From: a virus
Virus record (IMG/VR): IMGVR_UViG_3300047325_000072
Span: 31,559 to 95,558 of that record
Reading direction: 5' to 3' (one strand)
Length of the DNA: 64,000 nucleotides
The position numbers and the translations under genes are program-made. The notes under the pieces are model-generated. The model saw nothing but the letters and a program-made list of their open reading frames with translations, was not told the DNA's origin and did not search any database. Below, piece after piece: positions 46,584-55,950 of this stretch. Each line of letters begins with the position of its first letter. Positions within the stretch are counted from its first letter, which is position 1.

Positions 46584-47255
46584 CTATCCGCGAGGATGAG
46601 ACGTTGGAAACCGCCGCGCCGAAAGGGGATCGACAATACGCAACAAACGCTTCTTCTTGCCTAAATATGGGGTTAACAATAGATTTTCCTCGCTCTTACC
46701 TATCTTATCCAAAATCCTGGACGAATGAGGAAAATAACCTTCTACCTCGCGCCCTAGCATTTGATAAACCACTTTGGCACCCCTTACATCGGACCAAATA
46801 ACGCGGCCGATAACAGCTACACTGTCTCCCTCGTTATTGGCCGCCGCCAGAGCGGCCAATATCCTGACACGATCTCCTACACACAAATCCACCCGAGCGA
46901 CTTCCTGCGCCGGCGCAGGCATCAATCCGCGTGCGTCGGCTCCGTACAAAATATGTAACGGATCGAAAGCACGCTCCGGTACATCCAAAGGTCTCTCCCC
47001 TCCAAAGAAACCGCGAAACCCGTCCCGAAAACAGTCACGCACAGCGTGCCATTCGTGCGGGTCGTCCGCGTCGAACCGTACAAACATCAACCTTGGTGAA
47101 AGCGGAACAAGACGCTCCATACTACGCCCAAGGCGCATGCTATTCGTGACCCAGCGCGGATAGAAGTAGGCATAACCGCGATCCTCCAAACTGAGCAAAG
47201 CGCCCGCAGCCTCCCGCGCAGCGAATTCGGCGACGTGCCAGGGGAAATTTTCCAT
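46584..47255 (-). CDS. NusG/RfaH-like transcription antiterminator
   Basis: WHV..L..RGYAYFYP..VPLSPRLMFVRF (NGN domain); LCVGDRVRIL..MLGREVE (KOW-like); co-oriented with the late operon. Confidence 0.75.
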   Translation of the reverse strand: MENFPWHVAEFAAREAAGALLSLEDRGYAYFYPRWVTNSMRLGRSMERLVPLSPRLMFVRFDADDPHEWHAVRDCFRDGFRGFFGGERPLDVPERAFDPLHILYGADARGLMPAPAQEVARVDLCVGDRVRILAALAAANNEGDSVAVIGRVIWSDVRGAKVVYQMLGREVEGYFPHSSRILDKIGKSEENLLLTPYLGKKKRLLRIVDPLSARRFPTSHPRG

Positions 47256-47317
47256 TTTACCAACTCTCCCTTTTCCTAGAATTCTCCATTTTCATTTTAC
47301 CAACTCTCCCTTTTCCT
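47237..47317. repeat. Tandem 25-bp duplication of the RBS-ATG unit of the NusG-like gene
   Basis: CATTTTACCAACTCTCCCTTTTCCT at 47253-47277 and 47293-47317; a similar third copy at 49501-49535. Confidence 0.9.
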
Positions 47318-48148
47318 GGAAACCGGCTGTGTTGGGGGCGGCCCCGAATGCCCAGCGAGCGGAAACCGCCCTCCGCCGCACACTTCAGCCCCGTTGGCAG
47401 CGTGGCTGGGGCGGATTTGCGATACCGGCTACTGACAGGCATCATTCGTTCGATTGGCCTTGGGGCGAAAATATATGCCGACGAGATGCACCCGCAATCG
47501 GCTGCTAATCGTGCGAGGCGATCGCATGATCCTTCGCTTTGCCGGGTGCCGCTGAATCGGCTGTACGAGGCGCAGGCTGAGATGATCCGGCGCGGAGAGT
47601 TGTTGTTGGTCAATGTGGCTGCCCGCGAGCGGCCCCGCCTATTCGACCGAAACGCCTTGGGTATGAAAGGCCGCTCCCCGAGAGATAATCCCTCGGGGAG
47701 CCTGCTTGCGGGCCATACCCGGCGGTGACTGTCGCCGAGGAGAAAGGCTGCGACGGTGCGATACCGTCTTGGGTCGGGGGTGTTGAACCCACCCCTGTAC
47801 CCATTGCTCTTAAAGGTGGAACCCGCAGGACTTAGTGACCGTCTGCGGGAACGCTACGCTTGCGTCCTCAAGTTGGGGTCATTAGCCGCGGAATCGAGAC
47901 GGCCGCCGACGACTCGTGCGGCGTCTGCGAGTATGTTCAGGCAACCACTGGCGGTCCACGTCACATTTGTATTTAGGCATATGGTTTCCCCTTTCCCGTA
48001 CCGTCGGCCGGGACGATTCCCGTGTCGCTGAGAGGAATATACGGGGGCACTACCCGCCCGCCAATGGATTGTTTTGCGTATTTGCATGTTTAATTACGGG
48101 GTCAGACAGCGGAGGCCGTGGGCACCGCGGGAGGGCTGCTGCGGGCCT

Positions 48149-48340
48149 TTAATCCCCAGGCGCGCCTAGATCTTCCAATACGGCGTTGACCAGATCGAGC
48201 ACCGTCAAAAGCGCCATCGCCGGCGGCCCGGTCAGCCACCAAACCCAGCGTTTTGCAGGATGCTTCCGCAGGTCATGCCACAGCCCTGCCCATTCCCATT
48301 TCAGGCGTAGCACTGCGCAGCGCAGGAAAAGCATGCTCAT
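48149..48340 (-). CDS. Small hydrophobic hypothetical protein
   Basis: 63 aa, Trp-rich. Confidence 0.35.
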   Translation of the reverse strand: MSMLFLRCAVLRLKWEWAGLWHDLRKHPAKRWVWWLTGPPAMALLTVLDLVNAVLEDLGAPGD

Positions 48341-48363
48341 TACGCTATGAGCCGGCCTCGCCC

Positions 48364-48543
48364 TTATTGGTCAAGCTCTTCCGGGGTCATCTTGTCGGTC
48401 CCGTTTTCCGCATCGGCGAAAAACTTGTTAATCTCTCGCGCATAGTCATCAGGCGAGACATCACGGTCCGATCCAGGGAAAAACTTGATGTTCCTTACGG
48501 AGTTGTCCTCGAACAACCGCTTTTTTAGAGCCGCTATTTCCAT
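48364..48543 (-). CDS. Hypothetical protein
   Basis: MEIAALKKRLFEDNSVRNIKFFPG; protein-like composition. Confidence 0.5.
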   Translation of the reverse strand: MEIAALKKRLFEDNSVRNIKFFPGSDRDVSPDDYAREINKFFADAENGTDKMTPEELDQ

Positions 48544-48574
48544 CACGGTGGGACACCTTCGTTGTAAAACCGCA

Positions 48575-48988
48575 TCATGCGGCAGCCCTCCGCTTCTCAA
48601 TTTCCTGTTTCAGGGCGCTAGCGGACCCTTTCCACAGCAGAAACGGGTTGATTCGGTAATATCCGCGGCTCGTTTCCGGGCGCTCGATCAGACCGCATTC
48701 GACGAGCGAGCGCGTCGCTTTGCTAACGGCTGCCTGATCCATTGCCAGATGGGATGCGAGGTCTTTCGGTCCCATGCACACCCGATTCCCGTAGTCGCAG
48801 CTTTGCAACATCGCGACCAGCACGCGTACGGCCTGCATGCCGAGGGAGCGATCGGCCAATCGGCGATCAGGCTCGGTCAATCCGTCTCTCGATATGAGCA
48901 TGAAGCCTTCCGCTCCGTAGGGGTGCAGCGGCATTTTCGGCCGCTTCTCGATGAACACCGTCGTTGTTTTCGAGGCGTCGGATTGCAT
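48575..48988 (-). CDS. RepL-like (plasmid replication/maintenance) winged-HTH protein
   Basis: DYGNRV..LASHLAMDQAAVSKATRSLVECGLI..YYRINPFLLWKG. Confidence 0.75.
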   Translation of the reverse strand: MQSDASKTTTVFIEKRPKMPLHPYGAEGFMLISRDGLTEPDRRLADRSLGMQAVRVLVAMLQSCDYGNRVCMGPKDLASHLAMDQAAVSKATRSLVECGLIERPETSRGYYRINPFLLWKGSASALKQEIEKRRAAA

Positions 48989-49592
48989 CTAATTATCGCA
49001 TTCGTGAACTTCAACACATTTAATAGGGTAACTAAACACATATCACTTGTCTACTAACACATATCGCCCCCTTACAGATCAAGGGCTTACAGGTCGCTCT
49101 TTCTATGATCTTATCTATAGGCATCGGAACTCACGGAGGGAGAGCGTCCGATGCGCAACCCGAGGCGTAGCCGAAGGCCATCGCGATAGCGACCCAAACG
49201 CTCGACACAGAGCGGGGCCGATCGCGCTCCAGCTGACGATCGCATGATCGCAGCGCAGCCCGCGGGCCACCACCGCCCGCCGGCGAGCGTAACCGCTTCG
49301 CCCACCGCACACCCAACCGACCAGGTGGCCCTAAAAGCCGCCAGGAAGCCCGTACAGCACACTTCGCCAAACGGGCTACCCAAGTAGCCCAGGAGCCGCA
49401 AACGCCCCTCTGCGGGCTTCCTACGCGGTTTTTAGGGCCGGTCTAGCCGACCCGCTTCTGTAGTCGGGCATGCAGACCGTGCGCGTGCTGGTCGCGACGG
49501 GCCAGGGGAAAATTTACCATTTACCAACCCTCCTTCTGAAAAACCAGGGAAAATCCCAGGGGGCGCCCCCTGGCGCGAATAGCAGGCAGAAA

Positions 49593-50096
49593 TTACCCCA
49601 CTTACCCCTTAGTTACCCCATCACTTTTTTTTATGGGGTAATTTCTATACCCTTGAAACTACTCACATATTTAGCGTTATTATGTAATATTACCCCTATT
49701 ACCCCTTCTTTCTACCTTCCTAAAGCAACTGAAGAAGAGGCACATTGCGTTGCGTTACGTTACCCAGTCTTAAAAAATAACTTATAACGCACACAAATTT
49801 GCGACGCAAACGTACTCTTACGGGGTACCCGATTGAGGGGTAACAGGGGTAATTTCCGCACCACTTTCGTTACGATTTACCCTCCTTTTTAAGCTATTTC
49901 GACCGATATCTCTACGATCTAACCCTAAACCTCACATTAGTGGGCATAAACCCCTATTTTCCGCTAGCCGGCAATCAGGCCGTAACGCTGCCGGCGATAG
50001 CCGGCAATCAGGCCGTAACGCCCGTAACGCTGCCGTAACGCTGCCGGAAATCAGGCCGTAACGATAACGGGGGTTATCGCCCCCGCCCGTAACGCT
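49593..50096. repeat. Putative replication origin: TTACCCC/GGGGTAA heptamers, AT-rich tract and CCGTAACG iterons
   Basis: TTACCCC at 49593, 49602, 49613, 49690, 49699; GGGGTAA at 49635, 49837, 49846; duplicated GCCGGCAATCAGGCCGTAACG units 49967-50062; upstream of the primase-helicase. Confidence 0.65.
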
Positions 50097-50127
50097 AAAA
50101 CTCCCTATTTATCGGCAAAACTATCGC

Positions 50128-50156
50128 TTTACTCACACTTCAGACCCCGCTATTAT
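50128..50156 (+). promoter_or_regulatory. Sigma70-like phage promoter
   Basis: TTTACT-17 bp-TATTAT. Confidence 0.7.
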
Positions 50157-50197
50157 ATCGCCCCGGTGATGAGCCGCGCTGAACGGGGGGATAGCCT

Positions 50198-50677
50198 ATG
50201 GACATCGCCGAAAGTTTCCTCGACGATTTCAATTCCCTCTTAGACGACGATTTCAATTCCCGTGACCGCCCTAATAAACCTAAACCTAAACCTAAACTTA
50301 AACTTAAACTTAAATCGCCGTCTCTGACTAACGCCGAGCGGCAACGGCGTTATCGAGAGCGTGGCCGCCTCTGGCGTGACAGCATACAAGAGCGCAACAG
50401 CGTTGCGGTCGCTGAAGCCCGCGCCCAGATTGCTACCCTGTGGGCTGCTAATTTCGGAAATGCGGCTTTTACTGCCGGCACCCTTGTCGAAAGCGCCCGA
50501 AGCGTTCCGTCTCTCACTGAAGCCCTTCACATTTTGGCACCGTCCACTGTAAGGGGTGGGCAGCCCTCACTGAATCGTCTCGGGCGTGAACTGCGGAGCG
50601 CTTCTAACACCCTTTGGGCACCGGAGTTGCGCCTCTGCATCGCCGCTGCGCCGGATATCTGGAGATTCGCCAACTAA
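50198..50677 (+). CDS. Hypothetical DNA-binding protein
   Basis: LTNAERQRRYRER motif; AAAC(C/T)T hexamer run encoding KPKPKPKLKLKL; duplicated LDDFNS. Confidence 0.6.
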   Translation: MDIAESFLDDFNSLLDDDFNSRDRPNKPKPKPKLKLKLKSPSLTNAERQRRYRERGRLWRDSIQERNSVAVAEARAQIATLWAANFGNAAFTAGTLVESARSVPSLTEALHILAPSTVRGGQPSLNRLGRELRSASNTLWAPELRLCIAAAPDIWRFAN

Positions 50678-50702
50678 CTAACTCACCCCCAACAACACAC
50701 AA

Positions 50703-53003
50703 ATGCCCGCCAACACCCCCCAGGCCGTTGCATGGCTAATCGCGTGGTATGCGGGGGGGCCTTATACCATTGTCCACGACCGCGAGGCCGACGGCGGCGC
50801 AGGCACTTGGCGCGCTCGGCAGTTCCCCCGCGGGCAGGAAGCCGCGCTAGCAGCCTTTATCGAGGCCAATCAGGGCCGCAACAACCTCTATTTCGTCCCT
50901 AACCTTGCAACCTTGGGCGTGCGCTCCTCCCCGCTGGAGGAGGACATGCGGGCGCGCCTCACCGTCGTTGCGGACGTTGACCTCCCTATCGTTCTCAACC
51001 CTAAAGACCCGCTCGTCCTTGACGGTATGGCCCTCCCCCACGAGCGCGTCGTTGCGGAGGCCGCTCTAGCCACTTTAGAGGGCTGCGAGCCGCCCCCGAG
51101 CGCCTTGGTGTGGTCCGGGGGCGGCTATCAGGCTTTCTGGCGCCTAGAGTGTGCCCTGCTGGCCGAATACGATGCGGAGGTCGCGCCCCGCATCGTTGCC
51201 CTCGCTGACGCCGTGGGCGGCGACTATGTGCAAAATATAAATCGCCTGATGCGCCTGCCGGGCACGGTAAACGTGCTCAACAAAAAGAAACGTAACGAGG
51301 GGCGCATCCCCTCGATTTCCTTTGTCCTATTTGCCGATTGGGACCGTGTCTATCCCCTAGACGTTGCGCCCCTCCCTATTCCTCCCTCTCCCGCAATCGA
51401 CCCGCTCGCATCGCTTCCGCCTTCCTGGGCGGAGCGCATTCGGGACGGGTCCACGTCCCATCTGAAGGGCAAAGATAAATCCCGCTCCGCGGCGCTTTGG
51501 GCAGTTGTTTGTTACTTGCTACGGCAACATTGGTCCGATGCGCAGATTTTGCCGATCCTGCTCAACCCCGATTACGGAATATCGACGCACGTCCTTGACC
51601 AAGGCAATCCCGAGGCATACGCGCGCCGCCAGATTGCCGACGCCAAAGCTCTTTTAGAAAAAGACTTTACACGCGACGAACGCAACCGCATCGACTCGGA
51701 TAATCTAGATAATATCAACAAAGGTTTAACAGCCTTGAATACAACTCTTTCATATAACTCTTTTTCCGACAAATTCTATTACATGAATGGCGATGCCCGT
51801 CCGAAAGCTCTCGACGATGCCTCCATTATTCATTACCGTTTTCGCTTTGAGAAGGATTTGGGGTTTCGCCCCACAAAAGAATATTTCCGGGACGCCCTTA
51901 CCGAAACCGCGCGCCGGACCTCCTTTCATCCTATTCAGGATTACCTTTCACCCGCGAACCTTGTTTGGGACCGCACTCCGCGCCTCGACACCTGGGCGAT
52001 CGAGCATGGCGGCGCGCCCGATACTCTTTATGCCCGCGCAGTCTGCTCTTTGATTATGATAGCCGCGGTGGCCCGGATATATCATCCCGGTATAAAATTT
52101 GATCAGATGTTGGTTTTAGAAAGTCAGCAGCAAGGAACAAACAAGTCTCAAGCAATAGAAACACTTGCGGTAAATCCGGACTGGTATACCTCTTCCCTTG
52201 AGTTGGGAGACACGGAGCAAAAGATCATGGAACAAACCGCGGGAAAATGGTTCGTAGAGTTTTCCGAGTTAGGTGGAATGACCAAGAGCGAGGTAGAAAA
52301 AGTTAAGAGCCAGATGTCACGCACCGTGGACTCCGCCCGCCCTGCTTACGGCTATTTCCGGGTTGACCGCTCTCGGCAATTTGTATTTTGGGGCACCACC
52401 AACTCGTCTCAGTATTTAAGGGACGATCAAAATCGTCGTTTTTGGCCTTTGATCGTTTCGGAGTTCGACCTAACTGCGCTGCGCGCCGTGCGTGATCAGC
52501 TTTGGGCGGAGGCCCGCGATCGGTTTTTCCTCGCTCGGGACCGGGCCGCGGCCGCAGGCGTTCCCATTCACGAAAGCATTACCCTATCCCGCGATCTTTG
52601 GCCGGCCGCTGCTGCCGAGCAGGACGCGCGGCGCGAGCATGACCCCTGGGAGGACATCTTCGACCGAGCTTTCCTCGATCTTAAGGGCCATATCGCTACG
52701 GGCGAGGCTTTCCAAGTCATCGCCAAGCCCGACGAGCGGTTAACCGAGATTGACCAGCGCCGGGTCGGCAAGATCATGCGCCTTTTGGGCTTTCAACGGG
52801 TTCATACTACCTATAAGGCATCCTCCCCGCGAATTGGTTATTACTATGCGCGCGGCACGCCGGAAGAGCGTCACACACCTCTATTTGTTTTCCGGGACGT
52901 ACACACAGGGCACGTGATTGTCACTGATAACTGCGTGGACCCCGAGACCATCGACCCCGGCGACAACCTTCTGGGCTTTTCCAGTCCCCGCGTTAGGCAT
53001 TAG
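50703..53003 (+). CDS. RepB-type DNA primase fused to VapE/VirE-like helicase
   Basis: VADVD, VWSGGGYQAFW, RLMRLPGTVN (RepB primase); HPIQDYL..WDRTPRLD, QGTNKS, VEFSEL, RQFVFWGTTN..YLRD.QNRRFWP. Confidence 0.92.
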   Translation: MPANTPQAVAWLIAWYAGGPYTIVHDREADGGAGTWRARQFPRGQEAALAAFIEANQGRNNLYFVPNLATLGVRSSPLEEDMRARLTVVADVDLPIVLNPKDPLVLDGMALPHERVVAEAALATLEGCEPPPSALVWSGGGYQAFWRLECALLAEYDAEVAPRIVALADAVGGDYVQNINRLMRLPGTVNVLNKKKRNEGRIPSISFVLFADWDRVYPLDVAPLPIPPSPAIDPLASLPPSWAERIRDGSTSHLKGKDKSRSAALWAVVCYLLRQHWSDAQILPILLNPDYGISTHVLDQGNPEAYARRQIADAKALLEKDFTRDERNRIDSDNLDNINKGLTALNTTLSYNSFSDKFYYMNGDARPKALDDASIIHYRFRFEKDLGFRPTKEYFRDALTETARRTSFHPIQDYLSPANLVWDRTPRLDTWAIEHGGAPDTLYARAVCSLIMIAAVARIYHPGIKFDQMLVLESQQQGTNKSQAIETLAVNPDWYTSSLELGDTEQKIMEQTAGKWFVEFSELGGMTKSEVEKVKSQMSRTVDSARPAYGYFRVDRSRQFVFWGTTNSSQYLRDDQNRRFWPLIVSEFDLTALRAVRDQLWAEARDRFFLARDRAAAAGVPIHESITLSRDLWPAAAAEQDARREHDPWEDIFDRAFLDLKGHIATGEAFQVIAKPDERLTEIDQRRVGKIMRLLGFQRVHTTYKASSPRIGYYYARGTPEERHTPLFVFRDVHTGHVIVTDNCVDPETIDPGDNLLGFSSPRVRH

Positions 53004-53022
53004 GCCACCCTTAAAATAGTGC

Positions 53023-53051
53023 TTTACTTTAGGTTGAAACCGCGCTATTCT
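53023..53051 (+). promoter_or_regulatory. Sigma70-like phage promoter
   Basis: TTTACT-17 bp-TATTCT. Confidence 0.7.
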
Positions 53052-53088
53052 CTCTTTGCCTCCGTAATTCTTAGTCATCGAACAACCA

Positions 53089-53694
53089 ATGAAAACCTCA
53101 ACCCAACTCATCGCCTTCGAGGAAAAAGTCGCCCGCGCGTTTAACGACGGCCAAATACGTGCGCCGATACATCTATCAGGAGGAAACGAGGTACAGCTCA
53201 TCAACTATTTTTCATACCATTTTCGTCCTGGAGACTACGTTTTTTCAACCTGGCGTTCGCACTATCATGCGTTGCTGGCAGGAATTTCTGAGGACGACGT
53301 TTTCAACGAAATCCTAGAGCACCGCTCTATCACGCTGTGCTTCCCTGAGCATCGTTTCTATGCCTCTGGTATCGTCGCCGGCCTCGTGCCTGTCGCTCTG
53401 GGCACGGCCCTTGCTCTGAAGCTGGCTCCTAGGTCTCTAGAGGGGCACAAAGTCCATTGCTTCGTTGGCGACATGGCTGCGCGCACTGGCGCCTTTCACG
53501 AAGCTTCTGAATACGCGCTCGGTCATGAGCTTCCTGTGACTTTCATAATCGAAGATAACGGCAAATCCGTCGCCTCGCCGACCGAGGAGATTTGGGGATC
53601 TAGCGGACCTTGGCGAAATCCGCACGTCGATCTTTATTCTTACAAATTGTCTTGGCCCCACTCGGGCACCGGCCAGCGTGTCAATTTTTGGTGA
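53089..53694 (+). CDS. TPP-dependent dehydrogenase E1 alpha-like subunit (short)
   Basis: PIHLSGGNE, STWRSHYH, SGIVAG, VGDMAA..FHEA..FIIEDN (TPP motif). Confidence 0.9.
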   Translation: MKTSTQLIAFEEKVARAFNDGQIRAPIHLSGGNEVQLINYFSYHFRPGDYVFSTWRSHYHALLAGISEDDVFNEILEHRSITLCFPEHRFYASGIVAGLVPVALGTALALKLAPRSLEGHKVHCFVGDMAARTGAFHEASEYALGHELPVTFIIEDNGKSVASPTEEIWGSSGPWRNPHVDLYSYKLSWPHSGTGQRVNFW

Positions 53695-53720
53695 TCCTCA
53701 CAATTCAGGAGATGGATTCG

Positions 53721-53951
53721 ATGCCTACGGCGCGCCAGATGAGCGACAGATCGATCGGGCGTTACCGCGCGTCGTTCGCAAGCATTTGCCCGGAATGCGG
53801 GGAAATCGTCGAATCCAAGTGGGTCGCTGGGGGCGGTTGCTTGCCCAGTCCGCGTGAATACCAACTGGTTGCGGACTGGGTTTATCACGCGCCGTGCTGG
53901 GATATAGCGCTCGCGAGACTGGCGCCGTCTATGCACACAGGAGAAAAATGA
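53721..53951 (+). CDS. Small Zn-finger-like protein
   Basis: CPECG..H.PCW; RBS AGGAG. Confidence 0.5.
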   Translation: MPTARQMSDRSIGRYRASFASICPECGEIVESKWVAGGGCLPSPREYQLVADWVYHAPCWDIALARLAPSMHTGEK

Positions 53952-54472
53952 CCCCCTACCTTTCGGCCCTCTCCGAAGCGATGGGAATCCTTGCCGCAGA
54001 CCCGCGGACCCTCTTTCTCGGGCAAGGTGTCTGCTATCCTGGCGTCGGCTACTTTCAAACTTTGTCCTCCGTTCCCGAGGACAAACGTCTTGAAGTTCCA
54101 GTTTTTGAAAATACCCAAGTCGGTCTAACGCTGGGCCTTGCCGTCGCCGGGCGCTTGCCGATCAGCCTTTTCCCGCGGATCAATTTTTTGATTGAAGGGA
54201 CCGGGCAACTCGTACAGCACGTTGATAAGTGGCACGCCCTCACCGGCACGCACCCGCATTTGATAATTCGCACCGTCGTGGCTGACGGCGACCCTCCTGG
54301 ACTTGATCCCGGACCCCAGCACCTGGGCGACTACACCGAAGCGCTTATGCGGATGTGCCCAAATATCGAATTTCATTGTCTACATTCCGCAGAACAAGTG
54401 CCTTTGTTTTATAATCACGCATTTCATGTTCGTGTTCCCCACATCCTGGTTGAATATGCGAGGCTGTATTGA
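53948..54472 (+). CDS. TPP-dependent E1 beta-like subunit (pyrimidine-binding domain only)
   Basis: TLFLGQGV, LEVPVFENTQVG...GLA, QLVQHVDK, PGPQH. Confidence 0.88.
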   Translation: MTPYLSALSEAMGILAADPRTLFLGQGVCYPGVGYFQTLSSVPEDKRLEVPVFENTQVGLTLGLAVAGRLPISLFPRINFLIEGTGQLVQHVDKWHALTGTHPHLIIRTVVADGDPPGLDPGPQHLGDYTEALMRMCPNIEFHCLHSAEQVPLFYNHAFHVRVPHILVEYARLY

Positions 54473-54654
54473 AAGACGACGATCTCATCATCCGCCTAGC
54501 CCGTATCATCGAGCCTGTTTTCGATCGGGCTTCTAGAAATACGCGCAACAACGCTTTGATCACGGCGCGCGCTGTGCTGGCCGAGGTTGAACGTTCCCGG
54601 TTCCTTGAGGGCCGCGCTATCAGCGAGCTTTATTTGGGGCCTAAAATCGGTTAA
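54469..54654 (+). CDS. Hypothetical protein
   Basis: 61 aa, TTGA coupling to the upstream stop. Confidence 0.5.
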   Translation: MKDDDLIIRLARIIEPVFDRASRNTRNNALITARAVLAEVERSRFLEGRAISELYLGPKIG

Positions 54655-54701
54655 AAAGTCATCCTATGGGATAGGAATTGCAGCACCCCTAAAAATAGTC
54701 C

Positions 54702-54730
54702 TTGTCTTTTATATAAGCCGAGGCTATTTT
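54702..54730 (+). promoter_or_regulatory. Phage-type promoter driving a probably leaderless tnpB
   Basis: TTGTCT-17 bp-TATTTT ending 7 nt before the tnpB ATG; upstream CACCCCTAAAAATAGTCCTT resembles CACCCTTAAAATAGTGCTT at 53006. Confidence 0.6.
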
Positions 54731-54736
54731 TAAGAA

Positions 54737-55912
54737 ATGCTCGACGCAAGCCGAATTCGCCTATATCCGACTTCCTTGCAAGCTCAAACCTTGGCCGTTC
54801 AATTTGGCTGTGTACGTTGGGTTTGGAACAACGCTCTAGCCGCAACAGGCGATCTTTATCGCGCCACAGGCAAACGCTTGCCCTATCATACGATGTCTAT
54901 TCGTCTTCCGAAATTAAAACAAGAATATGAATGGCTACGCGCTGCTGACAGCCAAGCGTTGCAACAATCCTTGCAGAACCTCGCCAGGGCGTTCGAGAAC
55001 TTCTTTGCCAAGCGGGGTAAATATCCACGCTTCAAGTTCAAGCACGGTCGTCAGTCTATCCAATATCCCCAACGGGTGAAGATCGAAGGCCCGCGCATCT
55101 ACCTGCCGAAAGTCGGCTGGGTGAAGTGCGTCGTGCATCGCACGATTGTCGGCAGGATGAAAACCGTAACGGTCAGTCGCAACACCTGCGGGCAGTTCCA
55201 TGCCTCGATCCTGACCGATAATGATGCACCCCTGCCTAAGGTGAGTACCGAGGGGCCGGCGATCGGCATCGATGTCGGGCTGACCCACATTGCTATTACC
55301 AGCAACGGATCGAAGTTTGAAAACCCCCGTCATCTACGCAAGGCGGAAAGGAATCTCAAGCGCAAACAGCGCAAGCTCTCACGCAAAAGGAAAGGATCGA
55401 ACAGCCGGAACAAAGCCCGACGGCTGGTTGCTCGCGCGCATGAGCGCGTCGTGTGCGCGCGAAAGGATAACCTGCACAAACTGTCTCGCCGGATCGTCAA
55501 CGAAAACCAAGTTGTCGTAGTCGAAGACCTGCATGTGAAAGGGATTAGTCTTGCGAAGGCCGTTGGCGAAGCAGGATGGGGCACGTTTACCAGGTTTCTT
55601 GAATACAAAGCCGCGCGTGCCGGAAAGGCATTCATCAGGTGCGACCGCTGGTATCCGAGTTCCAAGGCATGCTCTGCGTGCGGTTCGATCTGCGATAAGA
55701 TGCCGCTTTCTGTTCGGGTTTGGAACTGCGCCCATTGCGGCGCTAGCCACGATCGGGACATCAACGCGGCGATAAATATCCGCGACGAAGGTTTGCGGAT
55801 ATTGGCGGCCGGAGCGGTCGCTACTGCTAGTGGAGGCAGTGCAAGTCACGGCAAGAGGCGCAATCCTCGTGTTCGTGCGATTGCCGTTGAAACTAGAAGC
55901 TCCACCCCATGA
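54737..55912 (+). CDS. tnpB: RNA-guided endonuclease TnpB (IS200/IS605 family)
   Basis: RIRLYPT..FGCVRWVWN; RuvC residues IGIDVG, VEDL, DRDINAAINI; zinc finger CSAC..CAHC. Confidence 0.95.
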   Translation: MLDASRIRLYPTSLQAQTLAVQFGCVRWVWNNALAATGDLYRATGKRLPYHTMSIRLPKLKQEYEWLRAADSQALQQSLQNLARAFENFFAKRGKYPRFKFKHGRQSIQYPQRVKIEGPRIYLPKVGWVKCVVHRTIVGRMKTVTVSRNTCGQFHASILTDNDAPLPKVSTEGPAIGIDVGLTHIAITSNGSKFENPRHLRKAERNLKRKQRKLSRKRKGSNSRNKARRLVARAHERVVCARKDNLHKLSRRIVNENQVVVVEDLHVKGISLAKAVGEAGWGTFTRFLEYKAARAGKAFIRCDRWYPSSKACSACGSICDKMPLSVRVWNCAHCGASHDRDINAAINIRDEGLRILAAGAVATASGGSASHGKRRNPRVRAIAVETRSSTP

Positions 55913-55950
55913 GAAGGGGTAGAGTAGTTCACCAATATCCTACCGCATTC
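55780..55950 (+). ncRNA. Predicted TnpB omegaRNA (scaffold ending GTAGTTCAC at 55932, guide beginning 55933); 5' boundary approximate
   Basis: Hairpin CTCCACCCC-ATGAGAA-GGGGTAGAG (55900-55924) followed by TAGTTCAC, typical of IS605-family right ends. Confidence 0.65.

Noticed and set aside
53089-54472. Pyruvate dehydrogenase as a central-metabolism auxiliary gene
   Set aside because: Subunits are truncated, E2/E3 are absent, and the context is NDP-sugar tailoring
54737-55912. Nuclease-dead TnpB (TldR-type repressor)
   Set aside because: All three RuvC acidic residues are present; only a short deletion after VEDL is seen
55933-55950. Second target for the TnpB guide inside this window
   Set aside because: By eye only short partial matches (CAATATCC at about 55061 and 57133); a proper search is needed
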